Positions 28,667 through 32,000 of a stretch of DNA of 32,000 nt are shown in pieces. The stretch's first letter is position 1. Each line of letters opens with the position of its first letter. Under the pieces are notes generated by a model, which worked only from the letters and a program-made list of their open reading frames with translations, did no database searches and was not told where the DNA came from. The position numbers and the translations under genes are program-made. The stretch comes from Synechococcus elongatus PCC 6301 (GTDB taxonomy: Bacteria > Cyanobacteriota > Cyanobacteriia > Synechococcales > Synechococcaceae). Where the stretch lies: the NCBI RefSeq assembly GCF_000010065.1, contig NC_006576.1, positions 990,001-1,022,000 on the forward strand, read 5' to 3'.

Positions 28667-31081
28667 TTAGGTCTTGGGATAGGCGATAGTAACGCCGTTG
28701 CCCCCGTCAGCTTGATCGGCAGCTTCAAACTTCGCGACAAGTGGATGCTCGCGTAGGAACTGCTGCACGCCTTGCCGCAGTTTGCCAGTGCCATGGCCAT
28801 GGATGATCCAGATCGGTCCAATCGCTTGACGCAGCGCATCTTCCAGCACCACTTCGGCTTCCGAAACACGACTGCCGCGTACATCGAAGGTATTGCGATC
28901 GGTGCGAATCGCCGGCGCATCTTTGGGCGGGGGCGGCGGAGTTGTTGACTTAGGCGGGGGCGGGGGCAGTTCTACCTTTTCGCCCTGCAATGACTCCACA
29001 TCGCCGTAGCTGACCGTCAGCTTGAGGATGCCGCAACGCACCGTTAACTCCTGACGATCCGGCGCGATCGCAAGGATTTCGCCGACCTTACCCAAGCGCG
29101 GAATCCGCAGGCGATCGCCCAACTGCGGCTGGAAACCAGGCGGTGGGGCAACGACCGTCACGGCTGGTTGTGACAGCGACTTGAGGGTTTCACTGGCCTG
29201 CCGTGCTCGTTCTGCTTTTGTCGCTTTCGGTCCCTGCTGCAGACGCCGCACCACCTTGGCAACCCGCTGTCGTGCCTGCTCAATTTCCGACTGGATCGCC
29301 ACTTCTTGCTGCTGGCGCAAGCCTTGCTCTCGCTCCCGCAATTCGGCTGTCTTGGCTTGTAGTTCGGCGTGTAGCTTTTCAGTCTGTTGCAACAACTGAG
29401 CAGCGGCGGCAGCCTTCTCTTCTTGATCGCGCCGTTGCGCTTCCAGCCCTGCGATCACGGCATCTACATCGCGATCGCGGCCCCCTTCCAGTTGCGATCG
29501 CGCCTCAGCTACGACTGCTGGTGATAGTCCCAGTCGCTCGGCAATGATCAGCGCATTCGATCGCCCGGGGATGCCCCAGAGCAAGCGATAGGTCGGAGAG
29601 AGGGTGCGATCGTCAAATTCTACCGAGGCATTTTCGAAGCGATCGTCCTGATATTTCAGGGCCTTCAATTCGCCGTAATGCGTCGTAGCGATCGTCAGAG
29701 TCGCGTGATCGGCCAAGTAGCGCAACAGCGCGATCGCCAGCGCACTGCCCTCTGAGGGATCGGTGCCCGCTCCCACTTCATCGAGCAGGACGAGGCTAGC
29801 TCCCGCGACCGGCAACGCTTCTAGAATTCGGCCAATGCGACGAATGTGACCCGAAAAGGTTGAAAGGCTTTGCTGCAGGGACTGCTCATCGCCAATATCG
29901 GTGAGGATGCGCTCAAACCAAGGCAGATCCACCGGCTCTCGGGCGGGGACAAACAGACCGGCGCGCGCCATCAAGCCCGCCAGCCCAAGGCTTTTGAGCG
30001 TCACGGTTTTACCGCCGGTATTCGGCCCCGTGATCGCCACCACCTTCAGCGAGGGCTGCAACTGGAAACTGACCGGCACCACTGAGCGATCGGGATCTTG
30101 GCGCTGTTGCCAGAGCAGCAGGGGATGGCGCAGCTGACGCAGACAAATCGACTCGCTGCTAGCCGTAAAGCGCGGTCGATTCGCTTCGAGATGCAGGCCG
30201 TAGCGGGCCCGCGCCACCGCCAGATCCAATGTTGTCGCGATCGCTAGCAGCGTTTCGAGATCCCCACTGACAGATGCGATCGCCTCACTCAAGCGCCGCC
30301 GCACTGCCTCACACTCCACTTCTTCTCGTCGTTGGAGCTGACGTAGTTGGTTATTCAGTTCAATCACACCGCGCGGCTCGATGTAGAGCGTGGAGCCACT
30401 GCTAGAGCTGTCGTGGACGATGCCAGGCACTGCCTCTTTCTGCCCCGCCTTCACCGGCAGCACATAGCGATCGCTGCGGCGGCTGATCACCAGCTCCTGA
30501 AAGAGATTGGACTGGTTGCGCAGCAGACGATTGAGGCGATCGAGAATTTGGCTGCGCACTTGGCGCTGCTGCTGGCGAATCCCTAGCAGTGCGTCGCTGG
30601 CGCGATCGGCAACTTCCCCCGAGTCCTCAATGCAGAAATGAATCTGCTGCTCCAGCTCGGGATAGGTGCGTAGATCAGCAACGATCGCTTGCAGGGTGGG
30701 GGCCGCTTCTGCCGCATCGATCAGTCGGCGCAATTGCCGCATCGCCGCGAGGGTTGAGGCGATTTGCAGCAGCTCCTCGCCGCTGAGAACCGCCTGTCGT
30801 TCCACGCGGGCGAGGGCTTCGCCAATATCAAAGACCCCCGCAAAGGGCAGACCTTGGGGTAGTGTCAACTCCAACGCTTGGGCTTCTGCAGTCTGGGATA
30901 ACAAGTATTCACTCTCCGCTTGGCTGCTGGCCAACGGCAGCGATCGCGCTGCTCGTCGGGCCAAGGCCGTGGCTGCAAAGCTAGCCACCTGCTGGCAGAG
31001 CAGCGGCCATTCCAGCAATTCGAGCGCTTCCTGTTCAACGGGGAGCAAAGGAGCCACAAGCAACGGGAGGGGTACCGACAA
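28667..31081 (-). CDS. mutS2: Endonuclease MutS2 (MutS domain plus C-terminal Smr)
   Basis: Walker A GPNTGGKTV, a long coiled-coil, a poly-Pro spacer (PPPPPKSTTPPPPPK) and an Smr domain (DVRGSRVSEA...IIHGHGTGKLRQGV). The start is a TTG at 31081. A nearby in-frame GTG is an alternative. Confidence 0.9.
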   Translation of the reverse strand: MSVPLPLLVAPLLPVEQEALELLEWPLLCQQVASFAATALARRAARSLPLASSQAESEYLLSQTAEAQALELTLPQGLPFAGVFDIGEALARVERQAVLSGEELLQIASTLAAMRQLRRLIDAAEAAPTLQAIVADLRTYPELEQQIHFCIEDSGEVADRASDALLGIRQQQRQVRSQILDRLNRLLRNQSNLFQELVISRRSDRYVLPVKAGQKEAVPGIVHDSSSSGSTLYIEPRGVIELNNQLRQLQRREEVECEAVRRRLSEAIASVSGDLETLLAIATTLDLAVARARYGLHLEANRPRFTASSESICLRQLRHPLLLWQQRQDPDRSVVPVSFQLQPSLKVVAITGPNTGGKTVTLKSLGLAGLMARAGLFVPAREPVDLPWFERILTDIGDEQSLQQSLSTFSGHIRRIGRILEALPVAGASLVLLDEVGAGTDPSEGSALAIALLRYLADHATLTIATTHYGELKALKYQDDRFENASVEFDDRTLSPTYRLLWGIPGRSNALIIAERLGLSPAVVAEARSQLEGGRDRDVDAVIAGLEAQRRDQEEKAAAAAQLLQQTEKLHAELQAKTAELREREQGLRQQQEVAIQSEIEQARQRVAKVVRRLQQGPKATKAERARQASETLKSLSQPAVTVVAPPPGFQPQLGDRLRIPRLGKVGEILAIAPDRQELTVRCGILKLTVSYGDVESLQGEKVELPPPPPKSTTPPPPPKDAPAIRTDRNTFDVRGSRVSEAEVVLEDALRQAIGPIWIIHGHGTGKLRQGVQQFLREHPLVAKFEAADQADGGNGVTIAYPKT

Positions 31082-31084
31082 ATT

Positions 31085-31987
31085 CTAGAGCTTTGTCAGT
31101 GGCGGCCTGCGGCGATCGCCCCCTTCCGGTTGGGGCTGCCCTTCTAACTCCGGCCAGTAGACCAGCTGTTGCGGGCGACCAATACTGATGCCTTCTGCTT
31201 GCAAGGCGTGATGCACGCGCCGCCGCAATTCCCGTCCGACTTTCCACTGCATCAATGGCTGGGTTTTGATCCAAATCTTGATCAGCACACCTTGGTGGGC
31301 GATCGCATCGACCCCCAACACCTCTGGCGGTTCACAGATCAGGGCTTGCCATTCCGGATCCGCGTAGAGGTTCTCTACCACGTGCGTTAGACAGGCCAAA
31401 ACCTGATCGACATCATTCTCCCAACCCACTTCTAGGTTGAAATCGACCCGCGACCAAGTGCGCGAGAGGTTGCGGACTTGAGAAATCGTGCTGTTGGGAA
31501 TGGTGATCAAACCACCTTCCGCATCACGAATTTGGGTGACTCGCAGGTTGAGGGTTTCGACGAGGCCCCCCTGACCGTTGACATTAATTACATCGCCAAC
31601 TGCGAATTGGTCTTCCACCAAAATCAGGCAGCCGTTGACCAAATCCTTGACCAAACTCTGGGAGCCAAAGGAGATCGCCAAACCCAAAATGGCGCTTCCT
31701 GCCAGAACCGAGCTGGCTGGTAAGCCTAGAGTATTGAGGACCGCTAGCAGGACAGCAAAGGCTACCAGTGCAGTCGCTAGGCCTTTGGACGCCCGCACGA
31801 TCGTGGTCACTCGCAGCTCACTGCGGCGGCGATCGCCCTCTACGGCTAAGAGAGCACTGCGCTCCCAGGCTTTGGCCGATCGCTCAATCAGTAAATGGGC
31901 AATGCGAATGGCCACACCGCCGGCAAACCAGAGGCCAATCAAGCGAATCGGGACATTCAGCCATTCGTCGCGAAACTGGTCGAGCAC
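31085..31987 (-). CDS. MscS-family mechanosensitive channel
   Basis: Three TM helices and the pore-helix motif GLAISFGSQSLVKDLVNG, followed by a beta domain. GTG at 31987 gives 300 aa. The frame stays open to the window edge, so the true start could lie outside the window. Confidence 0.8.
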   Translation of the reverse strand: MLDQFRDEWLNVPIRLIGLWFAGGVAIRIAHLLIERSAKAWERSALLAVEGDRRRSELRVTTIVRASKGLATALVAFAVLLAVLNTLGLPASSVLAGSAILGLAISFGSQSLVKDLVNGCLILVEDQFAVGDVINVNGQGGLVETLNLRVTQIRDAEGGLITIPNSTISQVRNLSRTWSRVDFNLEVGWENDVDQVLACLTHVVENLYADPEWQALICEPPEVLGVDAIAHQGVLIKIWIKTQPLMQWKVGRELRRRVHHALQAEGISIGRPQQLVYWPELEGQPQPEGGDRRRPPLTKL

Positions 31988-32000
31988 CGGCGTAACGGTA

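Overview
This window looks like core chromosome of a unicellular cyanobacterium. About 87 copies of the HIP1 octamer GCGATCGC (manual count) and an ldpA gene point to Synechococcus elongatus. From memory the gene order matches the Synpcc7942_0610-0639 neighbourhood, but I could not verify this. Coding density is high, with about 31 protein genes and one tRNA. In order: eno (partial), gloA, clpB, the secE-nusG-rplK-rplA-rplJ-rplL cluster, a secreted DUF3747-like/SPOR-like protein, a small membrane ORF, speE, a HAD hydrolase and tRNA-Gln. Then ilvD, the overlapping ntrC-ldpA-ycf45 unit, an ABCD/SbmA-type ABC transporter preceded by an uncharacterised membrane protein, a SIMPL/DUF541 protein, DedA, ahcY and a 125-aa hypothetical. 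Finally hrcA with an upstream rhodanese gene, a large membrane-anchored hypothetical tightly followed by sixA, gltA, mutS2 and an MscS-family channel. I see no CRISPR array, transposase, integrase, prophage or recognisable defence genes, and every intergenic gap is under 300 bp. I therefore cannot support a clear novel multi-gene system. The best candidates for under-described biology are: (1) the membrane protein with a degenerate PPDK_N/ATP-grasp-like tail paired with the ABC transporter; (2) translational coupling of ldpA to the R3H ATPase downstream of ntrC, with palindromic operator-like sites at the ntrC 5' end; (3) the hypothetical-sixA pair; (4) an attenuator-type rplJ leader; (5) the DUF3747-like/Pro-rich/SPOR-like envelope protein. 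All family calls rest on motifs read by eye; no searches were run.
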